A stretch of DNA of 43,414 bases from Chloroflexota bacterium. Its GTDB lineage: Bacteria; Chloroflexota; Chloroflexia; QHBQ01. The position numbers and the translations under genes were made by a program. The notes below the pieces were generated by a model. It saw only the letters and a program-made list of their open reading frames with translations. It was not told the DNA's origin and ran no database searches. Below are positions 27,243-37,724 of the stretch, in pieces. The stretch spans positions 1 through 43,414 of the forward strand of contig JAYUUN010000051.1 in NCBI GenBank assembly GCA_043754535.1. The letters run 5' to 3'. The number at the start of each line of letters is the position of its first letter. Position 1 is the stretch's first letter.

Positions 27243-27725
27243 TCAGTAGCGCATACTGTGCTTGCAGGTGCCGCAGAGGATTACCTGCACCCGCCGCGAC
27301 TTTACACCGGTGCGGGTACGGTAGTGCTGGCGATAGTTGTAGCGACCCCAGTGACGGGCGCAGTAGTTCTGGCCGCAGCGTTCGCACATCACAATATGAG
27401 CATTCTCACAGCCCTCCACCCCGCAGAGGCCCACCCCATTGCGCGCCTCGGCCACCTCACGGCGCACGGTCTCCTGGTAGCTGGCCGCCTCGACGCGCAG
27501 CTTGTCGGCGTACTCGTGGCGGCAGTGGCGGCAAACCCCCTGCTCGACCTTGCCATGCTCCGAGCAGAAGTTGCGCCCACACATCAGGCAACTCTCGACC
27601 GCCTTGTTGAAGCAGACAACGAAGCCAGCCTTGCAGCGGGCTGGTTTGCTTTGCACTTCCTCCGCCAGCGGCGGCACCCCCACCTGACTAGTAATTTGCT
27701 CGTCCGCTTGCTCAGTCTGGATCAT
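27243..27725 (-). CDS. 160-aa Cys/His-rich protein with two zinc-finger-like repeats
   Basis: C..C..CLMCGRNFCSEH..CRHC and C..C..CERCGQNYCARH..CGTC; AGGAAGG RBS, 19 nt after the aroC stop. Confidence 0.75.
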   Translation of the reverse strand: MIQTEQADEQITSQVGVPPLAEEVQSKPARCKAGFVVCFNKAVESCLMCGRNFCSEHGKVEQGVCRHCRHEYADKLRVEAASYQETVRREVAEARNGVGLCGVEGCENAHIVMCERCGQNYCARHWGRYNYRQHYRTRTGVKSRRVQVILCGTCKHSMRY

Positions 27726-27744
27726 GCTAAAAGCCTTCCTTGTG

Positions 27745-28815
27745 TTAAAGCCTGGTTGCCCTTTGGCGCAAGAGATGGTCGGCAAGGACGATGGCAAGCA
27801 TAGCCTCACAAACCGGCACGGCACGGGGGCAGATGGTGGGGTCGTGGCGGCCATGCACCTGGATGGTGGCTGGCTCGCCCGCGAGGTCTACCGTCTCCTG
27901 CTCCTTCGCAATGCTGGCAGGCGGCTTGATCGCCACCCGCACTGTGATCTCCTCCCCAGTGCTGATCCCACCTAGGATACCGCCGTGATTGTTATGACGG
28001 GTACCAACCCGCCCACCTTTGTTGACGAAAGGATCGTTGTGGCTGGAGCCACGCAGGTTCGCCGCCGCGAAGCCGCTACCGATCTCTACCCCCTTCGTTG
28101 CGCCAATACTGATCATCGCTTTAGCAATGTCAGCGTCTAGTTTATCGAATACAGGCTCTCCCAGTCCAGCGGGAACGCCAGTTGCGATCAACTCGACAAT
28201 GCCACCCAACGAGTCCTGGTCGGCCTGCGCCGCCTCGATCTCAGCGATCATCCGCTCGGCGGCCTCTGCATCGGGGGCGCGCACGATATTGCGCTCGATC
28301 TGATCAAGGTCAGTGCGCTCGGCGATCACGCTGCCTATCTGTCGCGTGTAGCCAACGATGCTGATGCCAAAGTGTGTGAGCAGCTTGCGGGCCACCGCCC
28401 CGGCTGCCACACGGCAGGCAGTCTCGCGCCCACTTGCCCGCCCGCTCCCCCGCCAGTCGCGCAGTCCGTACTTCTGCTGGTAGCTGAAGTCGGCGTGGCC
28501 GGGTCGGTAGAGGTGCTTGATCTCCTCATAGGCCGACGAGTCTGCGTCGTAGTTCATGATCAGCAAACTGATCGGGGTGCCAGTTGTTACGCCCTCGAAG
28601 GTACCCGACATGATCTTCACCGTGTCGCTCTCCTTGCGTTGGGTCGTTACCTTACTCTGCCCGGTGCGGCGGCGATCTAGCTGGCCCTGGATATCGGCCT
28701 CGGTCAGCGGCAACCCTGCTGGGCAGCCGTCTACCACCACGCCAACGCCCGCCCCGTGCGACTCGCCCCAGGTCGTGACTGTGAACAGCTTACCAAATGT
28801 GCTACCAGAACTCAT
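27745..28815 (-). CDS. aroC: Chorismate synthase
   Basis: [36 protein letters not shown]. Confidence 0.97.
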   Translation of the reverse strand: MSSGSTFGKLFTVTTWGESHGAGVGVVVDGCPAGLPLTEADIQGQLDRRRTGQSKVTTQRKESDTVKIMSGTFEGVTTGTPISLLIMNYDADSSAYEEIKHLYRPGHADFSYQQKYGLRDWRGSGRASGRETACRVAAGAVARKLLTHFGISIVGYTRQIGSVIAERTDLDQIERNIVRAPDAEAAERMIAEIEAAQADQDSLGGIVELIATGVPAGLGEPVFDKLDADIAKAMISIGATKGVEIGSGFAAANLRGSSHNDPFVNKGGRVGTRHNNHGGILGGISTGEEITVRVAIKPPASIAKEQETVDLAGEPATIQVHGRHDPTICPRAVPVCEAMLAIVLADHLLRQRATRL

Positions 28816-29064
28816 AGCTTGAATTATACCTGATAGCGGTGCTGTTTGAGAAGTCCACGTAGCCTCTCGCACATAACTTTTGTGCGCCACTCAAGGCAGC
28901 TAGCTTACATGACGCGCTTCTGTCCCATGTCTTCAGCCAGCCGTGCCTTGAAGGATGGTGGCGTGTCCGACCTGGTCTGCCAGTACTAGAGAGATGGTGG
29001 AGGGCGCGTACCCGCTCTCGGTGTAGCAGGCGAGCGCAGGGACGGGAAGGTATACTGCTAGCTC

Positions 29065-30312
29065 CTACTTGCCAGGCACTCGTCCCCAACCCTGTGCCTG
29101 CGCTTCGCTAGCGGTTCTGGCGTACACGGCTGTCGTCTGCTCGGCGATGTGCGGCCAGAGGAAGTCGCGATAGACGGCGGCACGGGCGTTGTCCACCCGC
29201 TGGCTGCTCCAATCGGGGTGTTGCAGGGTATGGGTGATGCCCCAGGCTAGTGAGGCCGGGTCGTCAGGATAGACCTTGATGCCGGTTTCGTGCAGTTGCA
29301 CCACTTCGCTGAGGCCGCCAGTGTCGCTGACCACAACCGGCGTATTAGCTGCCATCGCCTCCAGCGCGACGATACCAAAAGGCTCGTAGAGGGAGGGAAA
29401 GACGGCGACGCTGCCCACTTTGTACAACTTGTCCCGATCCTCGTCGCTGATGAAGCCGAGAAAGTTCACCCGTTCGGCCACGCCCAGTTCCTGCGCTCGC
29501 TGCTCAATCGCCTTGCGGTAACCGCCAGTGCCAGCGATCACAAAGCGGGCGTTCGGCACCTCCTGCAAGATAAGCGGCGCAGCCTCGATCAGCACTTGTG
29601 CGCCCTTCTCTGGCACCAGGCGACCGACGAAGAAGATAATCGGCTCATTGGGGGCTGCGAGAGTGGCGCGGAAGGCAGTCAGGTCGCGGCCAGCCAACTG
29701 CTCAAAGCGGGTGGGGTCAATGCCATTGGCGATGATATCTAGCTTGTTGGCAGGTAGCTGGAAGTTGCTTACAATCTCCTGGGCCATGAACCGGGTGGTG
29801 GTGATCACCCGCCACGACTCGTAGGTTAGCCACCACTCGGCGTTATGGATGTCGTGCTGCATCGCCTCGTGGAGTTGGCCCCGGTTGCGACCAAGTTCGG
29901 TCGCGTGGATGGTAGAAATAAGTGGGCTGTGGTTGGTGTTCTTCAAGGCAACGGCAGAGAAACTCACCAGCCAGTCGTGGGCGTGGATCAGGTCAAAGCC
30001 GCCCTGCTTGAATAGTTCGTTGCCCCTATTTTCGAGATTGATGTTGGTGCGCCAGCAGTTCATGAAGAAGTTATCGGGCAGGCCCATCCGCGACATATCT
30101 TCGGTCGGGCCAGGGGCATCCACGCGGTAGACGCGGCTCTGGCCGTTGCCACCAGGGATCGCCTCCTCAGCCTCACCCTCGCCGTAGCGGGGCGTGACCA
30201 GGTGTACTTCTACCCCCGCCGCGATCAGGGGCGGCACCAACTCAACGACGTGCTTACCGAGGCCACCGACGACGTGTGGCGTGTACTCCCACGACAACAT
30301 CAGGACGCGCAT
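29065..30312 (-). CDS. Glycosyltransferase family 4 (glycogen-synthase-like)
   Basis: WEYTPHVVGGLG, HAHDW, TIHATE, GRLVPEKG, PSLYEPFGIVALEAM. Confidence 0.9.
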   Translation of the reverse strand: MRVLMLSWEYTPHVVGGLGKHVVELVPPLIAAGVEVHLVTPRYGEGEAEEAIPGGNGQSRVYRVDAPGPTEDMSRMGLPDNFFMNCWRTNINLENRGNELFKQGGFDLIHAHDWLVSFSAVALKNTNHSPLISTIHATELGRNRGQLHEAMQHDIHNAEWWLTYESWRVITTTRFMAQEIVSNFQLPANKLDIIANGIDPTRFEQLAGRDLTAFRATLAAPNEPIIFFVGRLVPEKGAQVLIEAAPLILQEVPNARFVIAGTGGYRKAIEQRAQELGVAERVNFLGFISDEDRDKLYKVGSVAVFPSLYEPFGIVALEAMAANTPVVVSDTGGLSEVVQLHETGIKVYPDDPASLAWGITHTLQHPDWSSQRVDNARAAVYRDFLWPHIAEQTTAVYARTASEAQAQGWGRVPGK

Positions 30313-30518
30313 CAATACTCTCCTCGTGAACCCTCATCCCCAGAGTGGGTAGTGGAATGAGGCTGGTTTGCTGCGCCCTAATCTACCACGTTGGGGCTGG
30401 AGAGTCAACCTGCTGGCGCATGGCAATTTGTTGTAGACCGCCCGCTTTAGCCAGGGCAAACAAAAGCCCTGCTTATTAGCAAAGGTCATATCAAGTTGCT
30501 AACATCCATCTGGCTACC

Positions 30519-31484
30519 TCAGCAGTAACCCTGTAGCCAATGTTCTATCGTCATCAGTACCAGCCCACCATGTGCGGCATAGCTGACCAGGAGCGCAGCG
30601 ATCAGCAGCAAGAGTGCGCTGCCGCTCCGCAGCAGGTGGCGATTGGGCAAGAGTAGGGGATACGGGTTGGCCTTGCCCAGCAAAGCATCAAAGCGAGCGT
30701 TCAGCACTGCGCCACTGCTGTCGAGCATCTGGGCTACCAGCGGGGCTTTGGGCTGCGCTGACCGGTTTGTGACCAGGCGATAAAGTGCGGCAGTCAACGG
30801 TCGGGATGCGCCCTGCGTGGCAAGCGTCGCCTGATCGGCGGCCAGTTCGCGGGTCGCTAGATAGTGCAGGTAGAGGTCGTTCGCCAACGGTAGGAAGAAG
30901 CAAACTCGGCTGATAGCGGCTGCAAAGGCCATCTTCAGTGGGTCGTGGTGCCTGAGGTGGTACCGCTCATGCAGCAGCACCGCTTCCAGTTCGACTCCTT
31001 GCCCGACTACTGCAAGCAGCGCAGTGCTGACGCAGATGCGGCCAAAAAGCAAGCCGTAGCAGAAAGCGAAGGGCTGTTCGCTCTCGATCAGCTTTACCTT
31101 ACCAGCCAGGCCGATTTTGGTGACGGTGGCTGCTACCCCAGTGGGTAGTGGGAGGCTGGTACAGCGCAGTTGCCGAACGGTAGCGTAGGTGTAGCCAAGT
31201 TGACGAACGAGTGTCCACAGTGCGAAGACAGCGTTTGCCCCTACCGCCGCGAGCAGGCTGTAAGCCAACAGGCGGTCGCCAAGATCAGGAGATTTGAGCA
31301 TCAGCAGACAGTCTTCAGCCAGCGTATGGAGACCGTGCTGCATGACGAGCGCGCCACTAGCCGCCATCAGCAGGCGCAGAGCCAACCAGCTTGCTAGCAA
31401 TATCGTTAGCGACACAAGAACAAAGAGCAGCAGGAGGCTACTGTCAGGGCCAGGGTTCAGAGCTAGCTTCCGCCGTATCTGCAT
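30519..31484 (-). CDS. M56/M48-type membrane metallopeptidase (BlaR1-like, no sensor domain)
   Basis: AFCYG, VLLHERYH (HExxH), ELAAD; coupled to a BlaI-family gene. Confidence 0.85.
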   Translation of the reverse strand: MQIRRKLALNPGPDSSLLLLFVLVSLTILLASWLALRLLMAASGALVMQHGLHTLAEDCLLMLKSPDLGDRLLAYSLLAAVGANAVFALWTLVRQLGYTYATVRQLRCTSLPLPTGVAATVTKIGLAGKVKLIESEQPFAFCYGLLFGRICVSTALLAVVGQGVELEAVLLHERYHLRHHDPLKMAFAAAISRVCFFLPLANDLYLHYLATRELAADQATLATQGASRPLTAALYRLVTNRSAQPKAPLVAQMLDSSGAVLNARFDALLGKANPYPLLLPNRHLLRSGSALLLLIAALLVSYAAHGGLVLMTIEHWLQGYC

Positions 31485-31897
31485 TATTCCTCCTTTGCAG
31501 CGTCCTTTTGTAGCAACCGTTGGATGTGGGCTTGTCGCTCTGGGTCAATACTTGCCAGTTGCCCCATAAACTGGGCCAGAGCCAGGTCGCCGAAGTTCTC
31601 GACTAGCCGCGCCACCTGCCGTGCAGCACTCCGCGCCCGGAACTGCTCCCGCGACTGGGCTACGGTGTAGTAGTGGGTCTTGCCGCTCAAACGGCGGATG
31701 AGCAAACCCTTGTCGCCCAGGTGGCTCATCACTGTCATAATCGTGGTGTAAGCCAGGCTCGGTTCACGACCGAGGAAGTGCGCCTCATAAACCTGCCGCA
31801 CAGTCAGTTCGCCAGGAGGTTGCTGCCAAACCCACTCCATCACTTCGCGCTCCAGATCGCCAAGTAGCCCCCGCAGATTGCCGTCTACTTCAGTCAA
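31484..31897 (-). CDS. BlaI/MecI/CopY family repressor
   Basis: LGDLEREVMEWVW, LAYTTIMTVMSHLGDKGLL; TTG after AAGGAG. Confidence 0.9.
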   Translation of the reverse strand: MTEVDGNLRGLLGDLEREVMEWVWQQPPGELTVRQVYEAHFLGREPSLAYTTIMTVMSHLGDKGLLIRRLSGKTHYYTVAQSREQFRARSAARQVARLVENFGDLALAQFMGQLASIDPERQAHIQRLLQKDAAKEE

Positions 31898-31988
31898 TTT
31901 CTAGCTCCTTATCTTCGCTAACTAGCCTACCAGACCATTATACCACCTCCACCAAAATCTAGTATGGGCTTGCCAGCCAACTGACGAG

Positions 31989-32018
31989 AAAGACCCCCCC
32001 ACTGGTGGGGAGGGTCTT
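31989..32018 (-). terminator. Intrinsic terminator of hppA
   Basis: Minus strand AAGACCCTCCCCAC-CA-GTGGGGGGGTCTTT, just downstream of the stop. Confidence 0.65.
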
Positions 32019-32052
32019 CACTCGTTTGCTTTAGCCTAAGTTTGACAAGCGA

Positions 32053-34242
32053 TTAGAGAAAGAGGGTTGCCAGCAGCAGAGTGATCGTACTGATCAGCTT
32101 GATCAGCACGTGCAGGCTGGGGCCAGCGGTGTCTTTGAAGGGGTCGCCCACCGTGTCGCCAACGACGGCGGCGGCGTGTTCGTAGCTACCCTTCTTCACC
32201 ACCTGACCGTTCTCCTGGCGCATCCCGCCCGCCTCAATGTACTTCTTGGCATTGTCCCACGAGCCGCCACTAGTGTTCAGCACGATAGCCATCAGCACGC
32301 CAGTAATCGTGCCAACCATCAGGAAGCCAGCAGCGGCCTCCCACTTCAGCACGTAGCCGACGATGATCGGCGAGAAGATCGCCAGCGCGCCAGGGAGGAT
32401 CATCTCGCGCAGGGCCGAGCGAGTGCTGATCGCCACGCAGCGACCGTAGTCTGGCTCCGAAGTGCCAGCCATGATGCCAGGGTCGGCCTTGAACTGGCGG
32501 CGTACTTCCTCGATCATGCCGCCAGCAGCCCGACCTACGGCCTTGATTGCCATCGAACTAAAGAGGAAGACGACCATCGCGCCAATGAAGCCGCCGATGA
32601 ACACCTCTGGCTTGGCAATGTCAATGCTCAACAGCGCATTAGGGTGGCCCTGGCTGGTAGCCACCTTCTCGCGGTAGGCGGAGAAAAGCAGGAAAGCAGC
32701 GAGGCTGGCAGTGGCAACGGCGTAGCCCTTGGTCAGAGCTTTGGTTGTGTTGCCCACTGCGTCCAGGCTGTCTGTCACCTTGCGAACCGACTCTGGCGAG
32801 CCGCTCATCTCGGTGATGCCACCCGCATTGTCGGTGATCGGGCCGAAGGTATCCATCGCCAGGATGTAGGCGCAGGACATCAGCATCCCCATCGTAGCCA
32901 CCGCCGTGCCAAAGACCCCGGCGAAGCTGTTGTTGATTGGGATGCTGCTCAAGCGCAGTTCGCCGAGGGCAAGGGTGCCGCAGTAGTAAGAGGCACCGAG
33001 AGCGGCGCAGATACTGATCGCAGAGAGGGCGGTGGTCTCAAAGCCGATAGCCATGCCCGCAATGATGTTGGTAGCAGGGCCGGTGCGGCTGGCCTCGGCG
33101 ATCTCACGTACGGGCCGCCAGGTGCCAGCGGTGTAGTACTGGGTGATGAAGACGAACAGGATGCTGGTAACAATGCCGACCAGCCCGGCTACGCCCAGCC
33201 AAAGCGATTGCAACATTGTGTAGCTGACCGCTACGATTGCCACCGCTGACAACAGCGAGGTGACGTAGAAGCCGTTGTTTAGTGCGCCCATCGGGTTCTT
33301 GCTGCTGACGGGCAGCAGCCGAACGACGACCAGGCCGACCAGCGAGGTGATGATGCCGATAGCAAGGATGATCAGCGGAAAGAGTACCCAGCCTGTGCCG
33401 ATTTTGGCAATTGCGCTGTCGGCGGGGATGTTGCCAGCCGCCACTCCCTCTGCGACGATGCGGTACATAGAAGTGCCGAGGATCATCGCCCCGATATTCT
33501 CAGCGGCGGTGGACTCGAACAGGTCGGCCCCACGCCCGGCGCAGTCGCCCACGTTGTCACCCACCAGGTCGGCGATCACGGCGGGGTTGCGCGGGTCGTC
33601 TTCAGGGATGCCCGCCTCGACCTTACCCACCAGGTCAGCCCCCACATCGGCAGCTTTGGTGTAGATACCGCCACCAAGCTGGGCAAAGAGGGCGACGAAG
33701 CTAGCCCCAAAGCCGAAGCCAACGATCAGGAAGGGGGCTGTAACGCCGCCACCATAAGCCTGGTAGATGCCCCACACCCCCAGCAGGCTGAGCGCGACGA
33801 CCAGGAAGCCAGAGACTGCGCCCGCACTGAGCGAGACGACCAGGGCTTCCTTGAGGCTGCGCTGGGCCGCAGAGGCCGTCCGCAGGTTGGCCCGCACTGC
33901 GATCGCCATGCCGATATAGCCAGAGAGAGCAGAAGCCCCTGCACCGAGCAGGAAGGCGATGGCCGTCTTGATGCCCAGGCCAACCTTGTCGTTACCCTGC
34001 AAGTCGCTGGTGGTAGCTACCGCAGCCACCACTACGGCGATCAGCACCGCAGCGACTACGGCGAAGATGGCAATAGTGCGGTACTGCGTGCTGAGGAAGG
34101 CATTTGCGCCCGCCAGGATTTTGCTGGCGACGTTCTGCATCTCTGGGGTACCTTTGTCGCGGCTCAACACATCCCGCGCCAGGTAGCCAGCGAACAGGAT
34201 AGCGAGGACACCCGCGACGGGGATGACGATACTAATATCCAT
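32053..34242 (-). CDS. hppA: Membrane-integral ion-translocating pyrophosphatase, K+-independent signature
   Basis: [41 protein letters not shown] (Lys at the K+-independence position), [11 protein letters not shown]. Confidence 0.95.
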   Translation of the reverse strand: MDISIVIPVAGVLAILFAGYLARDVLSRDKGTPEMQNVASKILAGANAFLSTQYRTIAIFAVVAAVLIAVVVAAVATTSDLQGNDKVGLGIKTAIAFLLGAGASALSGYIGMAIAVRANLRTASAAQRSLKEALVVSLSAGAVSGFLVVALSLLGVWGIYQAYGGGVTAPFLIVGFGFGASFVALFAQLGGGIYTKAADVGADLVGKVEAGIPEDDPRNPAVIADLVGDNVGDCAGRGADLFESTAAENIGAMILGTSMYRIVAEGVAAGNIPADSAIAKIGTGWVLFPLIILAIGIITSLVGLVVVRLLPVSSKNPMGALNNGFYVTSLLSAVAIVAVSYTMLQSLWLGVAGLVGIVTSILFVFITQYYTAGTWRPVREIAEASRTGPATNIIAGMAIGFETTALSAISICAALGASYYCGTLALGELRLSSIPINNSFAGVFGTAVATMGMLMSCAYILAMDTFGPITDNAGGITEMSGSPESVRKVTDSLDAVGNTTKALTKGYAVATASLAAFLLFSAYREKVATSQGHPNALLSIDIAKPEVFIGGFIGAMVVFLFSSMAIKAVGRAAGGMIEEVRRQFKADPGIMAGTSEPDYGRCVAISTRSALREMILPGALAIFSPIIVGYVLKWEAAAGFLMVGTITGVLMAIVLNTSGGSWDNAKKYIEAGGMRQENGQVVKKGSYEHAAAVVGDTVGDPFKDTAGPSLHVLIKLISTITLLLATLFL

Positions 34243-34349
34243 CTAACTACTTTCCTCCCTTTCAACCAACACCCTTTCCTTGAGGTGCTAGTCAGATCAA
34301 ATTACCGCAGGTTTGCAGCAAGGAACCCGACGGGGGTCGGTTAGCATAC

Positions 34350-34378
34350 AAAAGGCGCGATTGCGGTTGATCGCGCCT
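34350..34378 (-). terminator. Intrinsic terminator between secF and hppA
   Basis: AGGCGCGAT-8 nt-ATCGCGCCT followed by TTT on the minus strand. Confidence 0.7.
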
Positions 34379-34434
34379 CCTGTCTGGAAGTGAATGGCGA
34401 ATCCCACTTCCGCTAAAGGTTTAGGAGGGATCGC

Positions 34435-35586
34435 TCAGGCTGCCCGTACACGGGGCGACGTGGCAGGGGGCGGCGCACTCTTGTCGCGGCCAAAGCCCCA
34501 GCCCTTCTCCCAGACGACCAGCAGCAGGCTGGCGTTGAAGATCGAGGAGTAGGTGCCAGAGATAATCCCAATCAGCAGGGCCAAGACGAAGTTGCGGATC
34601 GTCAGGCCACCAAACAGATAGAGGGCTAGCAAGGTGAAGATAACGGTCAGGCTAGTGTTCAACGAGCGGGCTAGCGTTTGCAGCAGGCTGTGGTTGACGA
34701 TCTGGCCGTAATCGGGGAACAGGCGGCGAGCGGAGTTCTCGCGGATGCGGTCGAAGACCACGATGGTATCATGAACGGAGAAACCGACTACCGTCAGCAG
34801 GGCGGTGATGAACAGCGAGTCGATCTGGGTGCCAAAGAGCAGGCCGAGGATGGCAAAGATGCCGACCACTACCAACACGTCGTGCAGCATAGCCGCCACC
34901 GCGCAGAGGCCGAAGCGGAAGGGGTGGTCTACCTTGCGGAAGGCGTAGTAGAGGTAGAGCAGGATGCCGAGCGAGGCGGCGGCCACCGCAGAAAAAGCCA
35001 GGGTGGTTACTTCGCTACCCACTGCCGCGCCCACGGTGTCGAAGGTGAGTTCGGCGTTGTTGCTGGCGGGCTGGTTGGTGGTAGCGGTGCCACTAAGATT
35101 GGCGGTGCTGCTCAGCCCAGTGCCAGGGGCTATGGTGCTGCTGGTGGTGCCAGTTGTGGTTAGTGCGCCGGTTGTAGTCAGCGTGCCAGTTGCAGGGTTG
35201 TTGCTGGCACTGCTAGCCCGTAGCTTGCCATCCAGGATGCCAGCCGCAGTCAGCGCATCGGCCAAAACCTGCTTCTCGCTGGGCTTGCCAGCACCGAGGC
35301 TAACTGGCTCGATCACCCTGGTGCGGATGATCATGCTGGTAATGGTCTGGCCGTTCTGAGGCTGGGTGGCGCGGATCACGATGGCTTCGGGGTGGCCGTT
35401 CTCGGCCATGATCTGCTTAACCCTCTCGGTGGTAGTGTTAGCCTGCACCTTGATGTCCCAGGATGTGCCACCGGTGAAGTCAATATTCGGCTTGATGCCC
35501 CCGGCAGCGATGGCGATGATGCCAGGGATGATGATGATCAGCGAGGCGAGGAAGAACCAGCCACGCTTGCCCACAATATCAATCAT
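34435..35586 (-). CDS. secF: Protein translocase subunit SecF
   Basis: IDFTGG, HDV, GFSVHDTIVVFDRIRE, GTYSSIF. Confidence 0.95.
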   Translation of the reverse strand: MIDIVGKRGWFFLASLIIIIPGIIAIAAGGIKPNIDFTGGTSWDIKVQANTTTERVKQIMAENGHPEAIVIRATQPQNGQTITSMIIRTRVIEPVSLGAGKPSEKQVLADALTAAGILDGKLRASSASNNPATGTLTTTGALTTTGTTSSTIAPGTGLSSTANLSGTATTNQPASNNAELTFDTVGAAVGSEVTTLAFSAVAAASLGILLYLYYAFRKVDHPFRFGLCAVAAMLHDVLVVVGIFAILGLLFGTQIDSLFITALLTVVGFSVHDTIVVFDRIRENSARRLFPDYGQIVNHSLLQTLARSLNTSLTVIFTLLALYLFGGLTIRNFVLALLIGIISGTYSSIFNASLLLVVWEKGWGFGRDKSAPPPATSPRVRAA

Positions 35587-35670
35587 TACTGAAAAGCTCT
35601 CCTTCTGCGTTAAGAAACCCCGCCTGCCCCCTTGTGGGGCAAGCGGTCTGGGCGGGCGCAAGGTCACGCC

Positions 35671-37053
35671 TTAGGCCTTCGCTACTTCGCTGCTTGGCAA
35701 GCCTGTACCAATCGTCTGCACATCGCCATACATTGCCTTGTTCTGGCCGAGCGAGGTGTTGAGCATGATGGTCAGGAAGGTGCGGGTGATGGTGATCGCG
35801 CTGAACATACTAACCGCCACGCCGATAGCCAGGGTGAGGGCGAAGCCGCGGATGATGCTGGCTCCGAAGTTCGAGCCGAACCAGTAGAGGATGGCGCAGG
35901 TGATCATCGTCGAGATGTTGGAGTCGCGGATGCTGGGCCACGCGTTGCGGAAACCATCGTTGACGGCTGCGCCAATCGTCTTGCCCTTGCGTAGCTCGTC
36001 CTTCATGCGGGCGAAGATCAGCACGTTCGCGTCTACTGCCATACCAATCGAGAGGATGAAACCGGCAATACCAGCCAGGGTCAGGGTGACAGGTACTAGC
36101 TTGAAGATTGCGTAGCTGATCGCAGTGTAGATCAGCAAGGCGATCACGGCCAAGACCCCAGGCAGGCGGTAGTAGACGATCATGAACAGAGCGACAATCA
36201 GCAAGCCGATCAGACCAGCACGGATACTGCGGTCAACCGAGTCGGTGCCGAGCGTCGCGCCAACGTTCTTAGTGGAGACCACCTTCAACTGCACTGGCAG
36301 CGAGCCGTACTTAAGGACGACCGCCAGGCTCTTTGCTTCTTCAAGGTTGGTTACGGTGATGCGCCCGTTGCCGCCGGTGATCGCGCTCTGGATCACCGGG
36401 CTGCTGATCACCCGCTTGTCCAGGACGATGGGCATATACTGGTTCACGTGCGCACCAGTGAAGTCGCCAAACTTCTTGGCCGCTTCGGGCTTGAGCTTGA
36501 AGTTGACTTCTGGCTTGTTAAGCTGATCGAAGCTCACCCCAATACCACTCACGTCCAAATCCACGCCAGTGATCACGACTGGGTAAACCGTCGTGCCAGT
36601 GGTCGAGATTGGAGCCTGGGTAGAAGCGTCGAGGGTGGTGGTGGTGCTGACCACCGTATCCGTCGCAAGGGATTTTGTACCAGAGGAGATAAACTCCAGG
36701 AAGCCAGTCTGTTGCAGCGTCTTGAGGGCTTGGTCTGCGTCTAGCTTGCTGCCAGGCAATTCAACCAGGATGCGGTTCTTGCCCTGCGTCTGCACAAGTG
36801 GCTCGCTCACGCCGAGGCCGTTGACGCGGTTCTCTACCACGCGGCGCACGTCGTCAAGCTGGGCGGAGGTAACTTCGCTCTGCCCTTCGGGTGGCTGGGC
36901 TTCCAGCACCGTTTGCAGGCCACCTTGCAGGTCGAGACCAAGGCGGGGGCTGGTATTGCGGCCCAGGAAGTCGCTGGTGAAGTCAATATAGAGGGCAACG
37001 GCACTGAGCAACAAGATGCCGATGAAGATGCTAACGGTCGTGTTCTGACGCAA
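35671..37053 (-). CDS. secD: Protein translocase subunit SecD
   Basis: LGLDLQGG, RVNGLGVSEP, GMAVDANVLIF, IRDSN. Confidence 0.95.
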   Translation of the reverse strand: MRQNTTVSIFIGILLLSAVALYIDFTSDFLGRNTSPRLGLDLQGGLQTVLEAQPPEGQSEVTSAQLDDVRRVVENRVNGLGVSEPLVQTQGKNRILVELPGSKLDADQALKTLQQTGFLEFISSGTKSLATDTVVSTTTTLDASTQAPISTTGTTVYPVVITGVDLDVSGIGVSFDQLNKPEVNFKLKPEAAKKFGDFTGAHVNQYMPIVLDKRVISSPVIQSAITGGNGRITVTNLEEAKSLAVVLKYGSLPVQLKVVSTKNVGATLGTDSVDRSIRAGLIGLLIVALFMIVYYRLPGVLAVIALLIYTAISYAIFKLVPVTLTLAGIAGFILSIGMAVDANVLIFARMKDELRKGKTIGAAVNDGFRNAWPSIRDSNISTMITCAILYWFGSNFGASIIRGFALTLAIGVAVSMFSAITITRTFLTIMLNTSLGQNKAMYGDVQTIGTGLPSSEVAKA

Positions 37054-37124
37054 CTCTGCTTCCTCGCTTTCAAGCCATGCGGAGTCAATATGAAGTCCCG
37101 CCCAGAGGGGTGCGTGACTTGTGA

Positions 37125-37153
37125 AGTATAATACAGATTGCCAGCGGTGTCAA
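37125..37153 (-). promoter_or_regulatory. sigma70 promoter of secDF
   Basis: Minus strand TTGACA-17 nt-TATACT. Confidence 0.7.
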
Positions 37154-37195
37154 CTTGCCTGTGCTGGGTGACGAGTGACGGTGGGGCTGCTCACT

Positions 37196-37224
37196 TTGCG
37201 CCCACCCGCTGGCTGTGCTATACT
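37196..37224 (+). promoter_or_regulatory. sigma70 promoter of mce-tnaA
   Basis: TTGCGC-17 nt-TATACT with extended TG. Confidence 0.55.
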
Positions 37225-37255
37225 CGCGACAACCCCTGTGCAGAGGAGCAAGAGC

Positions 37256-37678
37256 TTGATCAAGGGAATACACCACATTGGTATTGCCGTCAACGACCTG
37301 GAAGCCGCCCTGCGCTTCTACGCTGATGCACTGGGCCTGGATCGCGCCAGCCTCTACAGCGAGACGGTCGCCCAGCAGAAGACCACCGCCACCTTCCTCA
37401 CCGTTGGCGAGACCGAGTTCGAGTTCTTGGAGCCTTACGGTGACGAGGCTGGCCCGGTTCACAACTTTTTGGCAAAGAGAGGCGCGGGTGTCCACCACCT
37501 CTGCCTGGCAGTAGACGACATCGTGGCAGAATTGGCAAAGCTGAAGGCAGCAGGGGTGCAACTGGTGGACGAGCAGCCACGCATTGGCGCACGCGGCCAC
37601 AAGGTTGCCTTCGTTCAGCCAAAGGCCAGCAGCGGCGTATTGATCGAACTGGTCGAGGAACAGCACGAACCAGCGTAG
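37256..37678 (+). CDS. mce: Methylmalonyl-CoA epimerase (VOC family)
   Basis: IHHIGIAV, FLAKRGAGVHHLCLAVDDI, PRIGARG..AFVQPK..GVLIELVE; TTG after GAGGAG. Confidence 0.85.
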   Translation: MIKGIHHIGIAVNDLEAALRFYADALGLDRASLYSETVAQQKTTATFLTVGETEFEFLEPYGDEAGPVHNFLAKRGAGVHHLCLAVDDIVAELAKLKAAGVQLVDEQPRIGARGHKVAFVQPKASSGVLIELVEEQHEPA

Positions 37679-37724
37679 CTAGCGGCTGCTGGGGCAGGGC
37701 GTGACCGAGGAGAAAGAGGAGAAG

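Noticed and set aside
27060..27803. 247-aa plus-strand ORF
   Set aside because: Overlaps the better supported zinc-finger gene on the opposite strand
28830..29064. Possible small ORF or RNA between GT4 and aroC
   Set aside because: Only a short hairpin and ORFs without RBS or motifs; nothing supportable
32110..33249. 379-aa plus-strand ORF
   Set aside because: Antisense shadow of hppA with no recognisable motifs; expected in GC-rich coding DNA
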